In this document: piece by piece, positions 18,325 to 29,171 of the stretch
Layout: every line of letters starts with the position of its first letter
Position numbering within the stretch: the stretch's first letter is position 1
From: an uncultured Verrucomicrobiae bacterium
GTDB taxonomy: Bacteria; Verrucomicrobiota; Verrucomicrobiia; Limisphaerales; UBA11358
Length of the DNA: 64,000 nucleotides
Direction: 5' to 3'
Assembly: GCA_963806905.1 (NCBI GenBank)
Contig: CAWEAA010000003.1
Coordinates: forward strand, 785 to 64,784
Notes under the pieces: generated by a model
Database searches by the model: none
What the model saw: the letters and a program-made list of their open reading frames with translations, nothing else
What the model was told of the DNA's origin: nothing
Translations under genes and position numbers: made by a program

Positions 18325-19377
18325 TTAAACAGCCAAAGCGCGCGTTTGTTGCGCCAAATAATCCGCCAGTCCCAGCAAAGCCGCGCGTCCGCCCGACTCC
18401 GGCAGGACGCGCAACGCCTGCCGCCCCTGCTCCAAATAGCGATGGATGACTTCCAGCGTCGGGCCAAGGGTCTCGTATTTGGCCAGCAATTCATTGACGC
18501 GCGGCAATGCCGCCAGCTGCCAGTTCTGCGCCATTTCCTCCAGCTCCGCACGGTCGGCGGCGCTCGCGCGCTCCCACGCCAGCAGCACCGGCCAGGTCAA
18601 TTTGCCATTCGCCAAATCCGCGCCGAGCGATTTGCCAGCCTCGGTCTCCGAACCGAACAAATCCACGCAGTCATCATAAACCTGATACGCCGAGCCGAAC
18701 GCCGAGCCGAATTGCCGCAACGCCGCGCGCTGTTCCGCCGAAGCATGGCTCAGAAATGCCGCCAAATCGCACGACAACGTGAACAACTCGGCGGTCTTCA
18801 TTTCGATGATGCGAAAATAATCGCGCCGCGAAACCTGAAACTTGCGGCGATGCTGCGTTTGCAGGATTTCACCGGCGCAAACGGTGTCCGTGGCCGTTGC
18901 CACCGCGCGGCAAACTTCCGGCGTGGGAAAACCCGCCGCCAGCTTCAATGCCTGCGCAAAGAGGCAATCGCCGAACAGCACCGCGATTTCGTTGCCCCAA
19001 TTCGCCGCGAGCGTGGGCCGGCCGCGCCGGATTTCGGCTTCGTCTATCACGTCGTCGTGGATGAGGGTGGCCAGATGCACCATTTCGATGATGACCGCCG
19101 CCGTCACGTGCGCGTCGGTCACTTTGCCGAGCGAACCCGCAGTCAGCGCCACCAGCATCGGGCGCAAATGCTTGCCGCCGCCCTTCAGGGCGTATTTGGC
19201 GTAGGGAACGATTTGCGGGTCGAACTCGTGCACCTGCCGGAGAAGTTGTTCCGTGACCGCGTGCAGAAAAGGCTCCACCGGTTCCACGAGATGTTTCCAG
19301 GAACTATTCGAATTGGCATTCGGCGAGCCAAGTATCGCTTTGGTCGCCACCTTTGATTCAGCCGCCAGCATTCGCAT
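18325..19377 (-). CDS. polyprenyl diphosphate synthase (IspB-like)
   Basis: Two DDxxD motifs (LIHDDVIDEAEIRRGRPT; YQVYDDCVD). Confidence 0.85.
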   Translation of the reverse strand: MRMLAAESKVATKAILGSPNANSNSSWKHLVEPVEPFLHAVTEQLLRQVHEFDPQIVPYAKYALKGGGKHLRPMLVALTAGSLGKVTDAHVTAAVIIEMVHLATLIHDDVIDEAEIRRGRPTLAANWGNEIAVLFGDCLFAQALKLAAGFPTPEVCRAVATATDTVCAGEILQTQHRRKFQVSRRDYFRIIEMKTAELFTLSCDLAAFLSHASAEQRAALRQFGSAFGSAYQVYDDCVDLFGSETEAGKSLGADLANGKLTWPVLLAWERASAADRAELEEMAQNWQLAALPRVNELLAKYETLGPTLEVIHRYLEQGRQALRVLPESGGRAALLGLADYLAQQTRALAV

Positions 19378-19511
19378 ACGAATCTACGGCGGCGGGGCGG
19401 TCTAGTCAAACTCGTTATATTTTGCGCCGACCAAAACAAAAGCCACCACTGGCGAATCCGCCTTCTCCGCACCGGGGAAGCTCGAACCGCTTGGGAAGCC
19501 TCGTTCCAGAA

Positions 19512-20234
19512 TTATCGCCGTCCGTCATACCACAGAGTGCAGGACTCGCGATGGTAGAGTGCGCGACGGTTGAACGCCACGTGCGCCAGCAGCTTGAGAT
19601 GGTCCCATATCGTATAAAGCCGCATCTTGCGCGCGGAAGTCACCAGCGGATGCCGATACAATATCACGATTTCCCGGCCCGTTTCCCGCGCAAGTTGTTT
19701 CAGCCGCTTGCTCAAATCCAGTTCCTCCGCCGCGAACATTTTGTCGTTGAACCCGCCAATTTTCCGGAACGACGCCGTCTCGACAAAAATGAATGAGCCC
19801 GCCAGCAGGCGCCCCAGCCGGCTGGACCAGTTCCAGGTCCACGTGAAGAAACCGGCCAATAAAAAATGCTCATCCATCTGGATCGTTGAGCCGCCGGCGA
19901 GACAACGGCCGGATTGGATTTGTTCGGCCACGTCCGCGAACAGTTCCGCGCTCGGCTGCGAATCCGCGTCCACAAAAATCAGCCAGTCGCCGGTGGCCGC
20001 CGCCGCGCCGGAATTCCGGGCGCGGGCAATTTGATTGACTGGCTCGAACATGACAGTCGCGCCCGCTGCGCGCGCAATTTCCGCCGTGCGGTCGGTGGAA
20101 TTGTTGTCACAGACGATGAGTTCAGCTTCCCAATGGTGTTGGGCAAAGGCTGCCATCGCCAATTTCACCGCCGCCAATGACAGAGCCAGCATCCGTTCCT
20201 CGTTGAACGCGGGAACAACGACCGAAATTTTCAC
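19512..20234 (-). CDS. family 2 glycosyltransferase
   Basis: GT2 N-terminus (KISVVVPAFNEE...VCDNNSTDRT...FVDAD). Confidence 0.8.
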   Translation of the reverse strand: MKISVVVPAFNEERMLALSLAAVKLAMAAFAQHHWEAELIVCDNNSTDRTAEIARAAGATVMFEPVNQIARARNSGAAAATGDWLIFVDADSQPSAELFADVAEQIQSGRCLAGGSTIQMDEHFLLAGFFTWTWNWSSRLGRLLAGSFIFVETASFRKIGGFNDKMFAAEELDLSKRLKQLARETGREIVILYRHPLVTSARKMRLYTIWDHLKLLAHVAFNRRALYHRESCTLWYDGRR

Positions 20235-20283
20235 GTACGCAGTCTGGTCGAAAACTGCGTATTGGAAAAGGAATTCAGCAAAA

Positions 20284-20314
20284 CTTAACCGCGGATTACA
20301 CGGATAACGCGGAT
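20284..20314. repeat. solo copy of the heptad-hairpin left arm, downstream flank of the GxxExxY gene
   Basis: cTTAACCGCGGATTACACgGATaacgcGGAT compared with aTTAACCGCGGATTACACaGATttcacGGAT at 20725-20755; the copies are in direct orientation. Confidence 0.7.
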
Positions 20315-20315
20315 A

Positions 20316-20716
20316 TTATTTCAAACCCGCATCATCAATATTCTTTCGCAGTTTTTCGTTTACCACACGTTTCCATTCAAGTTTGGCATTCTTAAAATTG
20401 AGGAGCAGTGCCACCTCCAAGCCGGTGATATTCAGATAACCGAGCATTTGAGCAATGTGGGTTTCGCTGAAGTCAGTGACGACATTTGGATCGGCAATGA
20501 CTTTGCCATCCACTATGAGATCCGGGATGAGCTTGCCAATGAAATGACCACGATAATGCACCGGATATTCAGCTGTTGCTCAACGGAGCAACTGCGTGCC
20601 TGCAACTCGATGACGAGTGCATTTTCATATAGCTTTTCGTCCAAACCGGGTTTGAGTTCATTTAGAACCGCCATGGCAGCGCCGATGATGCTTTCAGTGT
20701 TTTCTTTGTGGAGCAT
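20316..20716 (-). pseudogene. GxxExxY (PD-(D/E)XK_3 family) protein split by a 1-nt frameshift
   Basis: 20513-20716 encodes IIGAAMAVLNELKPGLDEKLYENALVIELQ (GxxExxY motif). 20316-20561 encodes HYRGHFIGKLIPDLIVDGKVI...ALLLNFKNAKLEWKRVVN. One extra C/G at 20561-20566 restores LNIPVHYRG. Confidence 0.75.
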
Positions 20717-20725
20717 GAAAAAAGA

Positions 20726-20796
20726 TTAACCGCGGATTACACAGATTTCACGGATAAATTCATCCCATCCGTGTCATCCGCGTAATCCGCGGTTAA
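20726..20796. repeat. heptad-repeat hairpin directly downstream of gap
   Basis: TTAACCGCGGATTAC (20726-20740) pairs perfectly with GTAATCCGCGGTTAA (20782-20796). The inner arms continue with CACGGAT/ATCCGTG units. Confidence 0.8.
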
Positions 20797-20813
20797 AAAC
20801 TTTGTTCAGCGGC

Positions 20814-21950
<1,137 letters not shown>

Positions 21951-22117
21951 TTACGGGCAACCGCCTCAGCGTCAATGACGAATTCTGGAACGGAATTGCC
22001 AAACCTAGAACATTTTTTGCAATCGGCTTTGGTTTCAAAACGTTTTAATCATGAACTCGGGAAAGATAAAGGGACGCGGAGGCAACATCCGGCCGGTCCC
22101 GGTGTTTATCAGGCAAT

Positions 22118-23629
22118 ATGGGAAGAATACTGACAGCCATAGTTTTGGTTGCGATGTCAATGGCGGTCACAAGTTGCCTCAACTTCACGGGCAGGGAAGC
22201 GTCTGCCGAACGTCACCCTCGAAAAGAAAACACCTACACCATCACGTCCGTCATTCAAATCCTTGAACCCGTCAATCCGGCCGACATGAACGATGATTTT
22301 CAGGGGGCACGCGTGTTGAGCCGGGACAAGAATTCCTGCACGGTGGAGGTGACTTACTTCCCGCTCTTTCAACCGGCCATTGGCGAGAACCCTGATTGGC
22401 GAAAAGAAGACGCCGGAATGACCCGCTATCTCAAACCGACACCGACCGAGAACTGGGACGAACCCATGCAACGCGAGCTCATCAAGGAACTCCGGCAGGC
22501 GGGCATCGATCCGGAGCGCTTGACTGACAAACAACTCGTCGAACAAGCCTCGCGGTGGGCAATGAAACGGGCGCATTCGACCGATGCCTTCGCGATCTGG
22601 TGCATCTATTACCCGGACGGCAAACCGGCCGTTTATCCGCCATTGCGGAAAGCGTTCGATCGGGAAAAACGGGACCCGAACTGGACCGATCAGCAAATGT
22701 TCGACCAGGAGGCACTTGGCCAGTCCATGTTTTACAACAAGGTTCATGGTTCCTGCACATCGTCTGCGGCATACCTGGCCACGATCTTTCGTGCCCTGGG
22801 CATCCCGACCCGCATCATTTTTTGCATTCCCCCATTCGACCCGAACGACGATGCGCAGGCCCAAATGTTTTATGACAACATTCATCATAACCGGGCACGC
22901 GAGACGGTCCGGGCGGCACTGGACGGCACGAGCGGTTTTGAGAACCATCTGTTCAACGAAATCTATGTTGGCCATCACTGGGTGCGGCTCAATTACGACA
23001 CCTTGGGGCAACCGGTTCTCGACGCCCATTATTTCGGGCTTCTGACCCACATTTACACCTGCTCCGACCTGAGCCAGGTGCCGTTGGCGCAGACCTGGGG
23101 GATGCGCTACTTCAGATACCCGGCAGACCAGCCGAAACTTTCCTCGGTGAATCCATATCGTCTGATCGCCGTGCACGACCATTTTGGCGCCAACGCACAC
23201 CTGGACAACCCGCCGGTTCGGTTGGCCGAATTGCGGACAGCGACAATCATCGGGCTTTATCCCAAGGGTTCTCCGGCGGTTCCGAAGTGGGTCACGGAAG
23301 ACACGTGGCAGAAAAGCAAGACGGATTTTCTTATCGCGTGCCGTGAATGGATTCCGGGTGACTACCACCAAATGCGCGCATTCCAGAAACGTGCCGGGCA
23401 TGATTTCCTGTTGACTGTACCGCAACACCCGGACGTCAGGGTGCACCTGAACGGCTTGGACCTGAGTACTGGCGACGGCAGCTTTCAGGCGTACGGCGCG
23501 CAAGTTGTCCCGGAAGACAGGGCCAAGCTTGTCCCCGGAGTCGCCTACAGCATTCAGCCGATCAACATCAGCGATACCTATCATTGGGCAATAGTACCGG
23601 ACTTGACACCGCTAACGTTGAAAGAGTGA
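22118..23629 (+). CDS. transglutaminase-like lipoprotein
   Basis: Lipobox (AVTSC). Transglutaminase core Cys (HGSCTSSAAYLATIFRALGIPTRII), followed by His/Asp candidates (GHHWVRLNYD). Confidence 0.7.
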   Translation: MGRILTAIVLVAMSMAVTSCLNFTGREASAERHPRKENTYTITSVIQILEPVNPADMNDDFQGARVLSRDKNSCTVEVTYFPLFQPAIGENPDWRKEDAGMTRYLKPTPTENWDEPMQRELIKELRQAGIDPERLTDKQLVEQASRWAMKRAHSTDAFAIWCIYYPDGKPAVYPPLRKAFDREKRDPNWTDQQMFDQEALGQSMFYNKVHGSCTSSAAYLATIFRALGIPTRIIFCIPPFDPNDDAQAQMFYDNIHHNRARETVRAALDGTSGFENHLFNEIYVGHHWVRLNYDTLGQPVLDAHYFGLLTHIYTCSDLSQVPLAQTWGMRYFRYPADQPKLSSVNPYRLIAVHDHFGANAHLDNPPVRLAELRTATIIGLYPKGSPAVPKWVTEDTWQKSKTDFLIACREWIPGDYHQMRAFQKRAGHDFLLTVPQHPDVRVHLNGLDLSTGDGSFQAYGAQVVPEDRAKLVPGVAYSIQPINISDTYHWAIVPDLTPLTLKE

Positions 23630-23653
23630 CATCTCTGATGGTTATTCCGCCTA

Positions 23654-24163
23654 TCACATGATTTCGGGAAAATTGGTGGATTGCGTGGACGGCGGCGGGG
23701 TGTTGGTTGATTGATGAACCGCCGGGACATTCGTTGATTGGAGGATTGTGGACGTGATTATCATGCCCTTTGAATCGAACACGGTCAGTTGATTGGTGCT
23801 GTCCAGCGCGATTTCCGGTTTGTCGTGGTAGCTTTTAATTTTGCCGCGTATCTCGATTGATTTTCCTTTCAGCGCATTTGCGTCGCCGTAAAAACTGCTG
23901 TGACCGTGGAAGATAACCACTGAAAATGGGGAATTAGGAAACGGCTTGTCGAGATTCAAAAATGTCACGGTGGGGCGGATGGTGACCTGCGCGACCTTGC
24001 CGGTCACAATCATCACCTCATCGTAATGGTTGGTCGCATCCGCCGTGCCGATTTTCAACGGTGCGGAAGCGCTGGTTTTCGACAGCGCGGGCGCGTTGGT
24101 GTCCGCTGCAGGCAATTTGATGGCGATGGTCAGGACGGCAAGAATCGAAAGCAATGTTCTCAT
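23654..24163 (-). CDS. secreted hypothetical protein
   Basis: Signal peptide MRTLLSILAVLTIAIKLPAA. Beta-rich body; no family recognised. Confidence 0.5.
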   Translation of the reverse strand: MRTLLSILAVLTIAIKLPAADTNAPALSKTSASAPLKIGTADATNHYDEVMIVTGKVAQVTIRPTVTFLNLDKPFPNSPFSVVIFHGHSSFYGDANALKGKSIEIRGKIKSYHDKPEIALDSTNQLTVFDSKGMIITSTILQSTNVPAVHQSTNTPPPSTQSTNFPEIM

Positions 24164-24222
24164 GCAAACAGTGGACGCGTTTTGCCCTGTTTCGGCAATA
24201 AAAAACGTTCTGTATCGCCATA

Positions 24223-24286
24223 CGCCTCGCCGAGGCGACCGGCGGAAGTTCCGCCTCCGGCGCGCGGACGGTTCGGCGAGCCGTCC
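24223..24286. repeat. REP-like cluster of three GC-rich hairpins
   Basis: CGCCTCG/CGAGGCG, GGCGG-aagtt-CCGCC and GGACGG-ttcggcgag-CCGTCC lie in a divergent intergenic region. Confidence 0.5.
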
Positions 24287-24434
24287 CTGCCAATTCTATT
24301 AAACGACGAAGCATCCCTGCCCTGAGCTTGCCGGTTCAGCGCGCTGGAATGTTGTGCGTTTTTTTGGCCTCGACAAGACCGTTCCCCGAACGAAAATAGC
24401 CGGACTTCCAAGACGGGAATAACGAAAGGAAAAC

Positions 24435-25157
24435 ATGAAGACGAAACTGTGGTACGCCATCATCATCGCCTGCGTTGCCGGGATGAACTGTCTGGCGGAG
24501 GACATTGCCACCTTGGACGGTAAAAAATATGAAAACGTCAGGGATGTCGCCGTAAAACCCGATGGCCTTTTTTTCGTGGCTGAAACGGAAGGCTCGCTCA
24601 AGGGGGTGAAAGTTCCCTGGAACAATTTGCCCGACGCCACCAGGCAAAAATATCATTACGACCCCTACGAGGTGGCGCTGGCCTTCGCCCGGCAAAATCA
24701 GCCGGTTTATCTGAAAAAGGACCTGGCGTTCTCGCTGGACCAACTGGAGACGGCCAAGAAAAAGGCCCAAGCCGAACACAAGCTGCTCGGCTTCATCATG
24801 GTGTGGGACAACATGTTTGTGCCTGGCAATCCAATGGGGGGACAAGGTGGCAACTCCTGTCTGTCCCATTTTTACGTTGTCTTTCACGACAACCTTGTGC
24901 TGGTGTTTGTGCGGCACGAAAGCGAACTGGGCAACGTTCCCGACGCAGTGAAAAAAGGGTTCAACGGTCCCGATGAAGGCGGATTTGCGCCAAACATGGC
25001 GGTGGTTACCGCGGATTGCTCGCAGTTTGTCTGCGAAATCCCCTCCGGCGGCGAACACTCCAACGGCCAGATCCGCGAACAAATCTTCCGCCAGAAGATT
25101 GCCGTTATCAAAAAGTTTCTCGAAAGCCAGGAAACCTCCAAAGGCCAGACCAAGTAA
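24435..25157 (+). CDS. secreted hypothetical protein
   Basis: Signal peptide MKTKLWYAIIIACVAGMNCLA. No family recognised. Confidence 0.5.
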   Translation: MKTKLWYAIIIACVAGMNCLAEDIATLDGKKYENVRDVAVKPDGLFFVAETEGSLKGVKVPWNNLPDATRQKYHYDPYEVALAFARQNQPVYLKKDLAFSLDQLETAKKKAQAEHKLLGFIMVWDNMFVPGNPMGGQGGNSCLSHFYVVFHDNLVLVFVRHESELGNVPDAVKKGFNGPDEGGFAPNMAVVTADCSQFVCEIPSGGEHSNGQIREQIFRQKIAVIKKFLESQETSKGQTK

Positions 25158-25198
25158 GTCCATGGCTTAAACCCCTGATCGGTTAGAATCAGCCACCC

Positions 25199-26182
25199 AT
25201 GAAAATTTTGTTTATTGGCGGCACCGGCAAAATCAGCACGGCGGTCAGCCAACAGGCGATCGCAAAAGGATTCGAACTCTATTTGCTCAATCGCGGGCTG
25301 CAGGGGAAAAATCCACCCGGCAGCCACAGCTTGACGGTGGACATCAACCAGCCGGATGCGGTCCGCGCCGCGCTGAAGAATTTGCAGTTCGACGCCGTCG
25401 TGGATTGGATCGCATTCACGCCGGAGCATATTGAACGTGACCTCGCGCTTTTCAAAGGCCGGACCCGGCAGTTTGTTTTCATCAGCTCCGCCTCGGTTTA
25501 TCAGAAGCCTCCCACCCATTACCTGATTACCGAGTCCACGCCCTTGCAAAATCCGTTCTGGGATTATTCCCGCGACAAAATCGCCTGCGAAGAGCTTTTA
25601 ATGCGCGCTTACCGCGAAGAAAAATTCCCCGTCACCATCGTCCGCCCGTCATACACCTACAACCACTATTTTCCCGTCGCGGTGGGCGGATTCGGCTGTT
25701 ACACGCTGGCCGACCGGTTGAAAAATGGCAAGCCCGTCATCGTCCACGGCGACGGCACATCGTTGTGGGTGATGACGCACGCCGAGGATTTCGGGCGCGG
25801 CTTTCTGGGATTGCTGGGCAATCAACAAGCCATCGGCGAGGCCTTCCATATCACCTCGGACGAAGTGCTGACGTGGGACCAGGTTTATCAGACCATCGCC
25901 GAAGTGTTGGGCGTGAAAGCCAACATCGTGCATGTCACGTCCGATTTTATTGTCCGCGTGGCGCCGCAGTTGACGGGGAATTTGTTCGGCGACAAGAGCT
26001 GGAGCACCGTTTTCGACAACCGCAAAATCAAATCCGTTGTGCCCGGGTTCAAGGCCGTCATTCCCTTCAGCGAAGGCATCCGGCGCGCCGCCAAGTGGTT
26101 CGATGCCGACGAAAAACGCAAGTGGCTGGATGTGACGGTAAACACCGAAATCGAGCAAATTCTGAAAGCTTACCAAAAATAG
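25199..26182 (+). CDS. NAD-dependent epimerase/dehydratase (extended SDR)
   Basis: MKILFIGGTGKIS Rossmann motif and a YSRDK catalytic Tyr/Lys. Confidence 0.85.
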   Translation: MKILFIGGTGKISTAVSQQAIAKGFELYLLNRGLQGKNPPGSHSLTVDINQPDAVRAALKNLQFDAVVDWIAFTPEHIERDLALFKGRTRQFVFISSASVYQKPPTHYLITESTPLQNPFWDYSRDKIACEELLMRAYREEKFPVTIVRPSYTYNHYFPVAVGGFGCYTLADRLKNGKPVIVHGDGTSLWVMTHAEDFGRGFLGLLGNQQAIGEAFHITSDEVLTWDQVYQTIAEVLGVKANIVHVTSDFIVRVAPQLTGNLFGDKSWSTVFDNRKIKSVVPGFKAVIPFSEGIRRAAKWFDADEKRKWLDVTVNTEIEQILKAYQK

Positions 26183-26203
26183 CCAGGTAGTGTCGATAAG
26201 GCG

Positions 26204-26211
26204 CGCCAGCG
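26204..26211. repeat. target-site duplication, left copy (CGCCAGCG)
   Basis: An identical 8-mer abuts the other end of the element at 29378-29385. Confidence 0.7.
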
Positions 26212-26341
26212 GGTAGTGCCTTAATTTGAATTGTTGGCTGGTTCATGCGGTGTTATATTCTGGCCGTGGGGGTGTTCGGTGTCGAACCGAATGCCGGTTG
26301 GATGTAGAGCCGCCAGCAGCTTCCCGCCACCCCCATGATTC

Positions 26342-27337
26342 TCATTTTCCGGTTTCAAGCGGTAGGCTCATTGTATCGCCAAATTTGGGGGCGGATATAT
26401 CGAGGCGTTGCTTAAATTCACTCCACGTTAGACAGCTTTTCATCAAAAAAACGGCGTTGGAAAGGTGCTGTTGTAATTCGGGCACGCCGATGTCCTCGGT
26501 TAAATGTTGGTGATGTTTCCTTGCTCGGTTTCCAGAAGGGGTTTTGGGGTTCACTTCCCGCAACTTTTTCAGGATTCCGGGAGCCAACCGGGAATATACA
26601 ACGTCGTTTGTCCAATGCCCTACATAAGACGGCTTTTGGGTTCCAGTGCTAGGAGGAAAAGCCACGTTTTTAAGTCGGAACAACTGTTTGTAAAATTCGT
26701 TTGGAAATCGTCGCGTCCATTTTGCCCATTCGTCTTTGATGTAAAGTTCCAATATCTTTTGTAGTGCCGCGCTGTCTCGCACCTCTTGGTATCCCGTGAC
26801 TTCATCAACCAACGCAATAATTCCAACTTTTGCCAAAACACGGGTGATGATTTCACATTGTTCTGCAACCTCACGCTGCCTCTTTCCAAGATTCTTTTCC
26901 CGCTTCCGAGCCTCCAATATCGCATCGCACAAACGAGGCAAAATCGTTGCTTCATAGGCCAGCGCCGATTTGCCGCCTCTGCCGGGGCGAATAAATCGCA
27001 ATGGGTCTAAAAGCTCCATGGCTAACTCGTTGTCAATGTAGGGTTTAATTGACTCACCTCCTAAAAATTCCTTTAATAACCCGCCATGGGATTGACCCAG
27101 CCCCAGAGCTTCCTGCATTCCGCGCCCCGATAAGACGCGCTTTCCGCCTTCTAGGACGTAGCATTCAAGCTCACGGTCTCCCAATTTCAATTTTTTGTCC
27201 GGTGTTCCAAAAATGGCTTTTGGAAAGCTCCATCGGACTTCCGCGCCCTTTTTGGCAATTTCGGTCAGACGTTCTGCGGACAAGGACTCTGCGCGAGCCT
27301 TTCCGCCCATTGATTGAATTGAATCATCAGTAAGCAT
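26342..27337 (-). CDS. P63C domain-containing (phage-type) protein
   Basis: GGKARAESLSAERLTEIAKKGAEVRW N-terminus. Conserved core IIALVDEVTGYQEVRDSAALQKILELYI...FPNEFYKQLFRL...HHQHLTEDIGVPELQQHL. Confidence 0.7.
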   Translation of the reverse strand: MLTDDSIQSMGGKARAESLSAERLTEIAKKGAEVRWSFPKAIFGTPDKKLKLGDRELECYVLEGGKRVLSGRGMQEALGLGQSHGGLLKEFLGGESIKPYIDNELAMELLDPLRFIRPGRGGKSALAYEATILPRLCDAILEARKREKNLGKRQREVAEQCEIITRVLAKVGIIALVDEVTGYQEVRDSAALQKILELYIKDEWAKWTRRFPNEFYKQLFRLKNVAFPPSTGTQKPSYVGHWTNDVVYSRLAPGILKKLREVNPKTPSGNRARKHHQHLTEDIGVPELQQHLSNAVFLMKSCLTWSEFKQRLDISAPKFGDTMSLPLETGK

Positions 27338-27427
27338 ATATTGATTTTACCACTCGTTTCCCTTCTTGCAAGCAGAAAGTTGTAAATAGTTGTTGACTGC
27401 TTGCAGGAGTTCTGTCATCATCTTGTC

Positions 27428-28264
27428 ATGGCAAACATACTGAAAACCGAAAAGAAAGTGGCGGTGATTTCCATGCTGGCGGAAGGCGCGTCCATCCGCG
27501 CAGTTGAGCGCATCACCGGCGTCAACCAGAACACGATTATGAGCCTTAACCGGCGCGTGGGAGATGCCTGTGCAAAAATCATGGATGAAAAAATGCGCGG
27601 TCTGAATTGCAGGAATTTGGAAATTGATGAGATTTGGGGATTCATCGGCGCGAAGAAAAAGAACGCCGAGCGTGCCGGAGCTTATGGCGATGTCTGGACG
27701 TTCATCGCGCTCGACGCCGACACGAAGCTGATTCCGTCTTTCATTGTCGGCAAGCGTGACGCTTACCACGCCAAAGCGTTCATGGATGATTTGGCTTCCC
27801 GCATGGCATTGCGTGTCCAGATTTCATCTGACGCGCTGGCGGCTTATCCTGACGCATTTGACCGCAGTTTTGGGGCGGATGCGGATTACGGGCAGATTGT
27901 AAAAACCTACTCCGTCACCCCTCTTGGTAACGCAGCAGCACCCGCCGCCGTTCGGTATAGTCCTGCGGAAGTTGTGAAAGTTGAGCGCACGGTTGTTTCG
28001 GGTATGCCGGACATGGCGCGGATTACAACATCGCACATCGAGAAACAGAACCACACCTTGCGGATGCACTGCCGACGACTGACTCGCCTCACAAATGCTT
28101 TCAGTAAAAAATATGAAAACTTTCAGGCTGCGGTCGCGCTGAATTTTTGCTATTACAACTTCGTGAAAACGCATCTGGCAATCCGCATGACGCCAGCAAT
28201 GGCTGCTGGCATTGAAAAGAGCTATTGGACAGTTGCCGAACTGGTTGAACGATGTGGTGAATAA
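27428..28264 (+). CDS. IS1 family transposase (single-ORF type)
   Basis: HTH (SMLAEGASIRAVERITGVNQNTIM) followed by a DDE region (EIDEIWGFIGAKKK...DVWTFIALDADTKLIPSFIVGKRD...ISSDALAAYPDAF). ATG at 27428; the track start 27401 is TTG. Confidence 0.8.
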   Translation: MANILKTEKKVAVISMLAEGASIRAVERITGVNQNTIMSLNRRVGDACAKIMDEKMRGLNCRNLEIDEIWGFIGAKKKNAERAGAYGDVWTFIALDADTKLIPSFIVGKRDAYHAKAFMDDLASRMALRVQISSDALAAYPDAFDRSFGADADYGQIVKTYSVTPLGNAAAPAAVRYSPAEVVKVERTVVSGMPDMARITTSHIEKQNHTLRMHCRRLTRLTNAFSKKYENFQAAVALNFCYYNFVKTHLAIRMTPAMAAGIEKSYWTVAELVERCGE

Positions 28265-28298
28265 TCCTCCATAAAAAAACCATTAAGAAAGGAATATT

Positions 28299-28745
28299 GT
28301 GAAAGTTGAAATTTTTACTCTTTGTGAATTTGCAAATGCCGACCCCACCAATGGGAAAATAAACATCATGGGAACATTTGACCATATTATGGGTTTTCAA
28401 ACACCTGTTGTATTTCCATGCGCCATCGCTATTAGAATGAGATTTGGGATTGTTGAAAACGGAACCAAGAAAATCCGCCTCTCGTTTATTGATGCCGACG
28501 GCGCTCCCGTGATGCCCACGATTGAGATTCCACTCAATGTCCAAATAGCGGCAGGGGAGTTAACAGCCACTGTCCCGTGCGTTGTGATAATGCAGCAAAT
28601 AAAAATACTCCATTTTGGTGAGTATTCGATTTCGTTGGCGGTTGATGCGAATGAGGTGGCTGCAATTCCTTTGATTGTAAAGCGTGTTCAGGCACCACCG
28701 ATGCCGAACCTTCCGTTGCCTCCACCCCCGGCGCCTGCGCCGTAA
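28299..28745 (+). CDS. hypothetical protein with Pro-rich tail (IS cargo)
   Basis: GTG start preceded by AAGGAA. 148 aa, beta-rich (MKVEIFTLCEFANADPTNGKINIMGTFD), ending PPMPNLPLPPPPAPAP. Family not assigned. Confidence 0.5.
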   Translation: MKVEIFTLCEFANADPTNGKINIMGTFDHIMGFQTPVVFPCAIAIRMRFGIVENGTKKIRLSFIDADGAPVMPTIEIPLNVQIAAGELTATVPCVVIMQQIKILHFGEYSISLAVDANEVAAIPLIVKRVQAPPMPNLPLPPPPAPAP

Positions 28746-28853
28746 ACGTGTTCTTATGTTTCATATCGCTTATCGTAAAGACACTATCAGAGCCAAAGTG
28801 TTCAGTCAACGTAAAACAATTAGCAATCCAAGTGCCACAGCCAAAAAAACAAA

Positions 28854-29171
28854 ATGGCGAATAAACAGGACTATCTAGCCAGATTGCAAGTGACCGTTTC
28901 TCAGTTGCACAACTGCGGAGCGGTTTGGCGTGAATCTGTGCCTGTCCGCGAAGTGTTTCGCGGCAAGACGCTTTGGAATGGAGAAGTTGAAGTTTTTGAC
29001 CTGACCGGACATCCAAAAGCCAAACGCGCTTATGGTTGGTCACATCCAGATGGCGCGGACAATAAAACGGAACGATTCGTCACCGTGCTTGAAATTCCGC
29101 CGGTAGTTTCACCGGAAACAGCGGTAAAAATGTCGATTTATAGCGACATTAAGGGGGGACAAATAAAATGA
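28854..29171 (+). CDS. hypothetical protein (IS cargo)
   Basis: 105 aa (…GKTLWNGEVEVFDLTGHPKAKRAYGWSHPDG…). ATGA overlap with the next ORF. Confidence 0.5.
   Translation: MANKQDYLARLQVTVSQLHNCGAVWRESVPVREVFRGKTLWNGEVEVFDLTGHPKAKRAYGWSHPDGADNKTERFVTVLEIPPVVSPETAVKMSIYSDIKGGQIK

Noticed and set aside
27361-27380. Weak inverted repeat (TTCCCTTCTTGCAAG versus the complement of 28275-28292) that could delimit a ~0.93-kb minimal IS around the transposase
   Set aside because: It matches at only about 11 of 15 positions and has no flanking duplication. The outer 18-bp perfect IRs with the 8-bp duplication are much stronger. It is kept as an alternative in finding 1.
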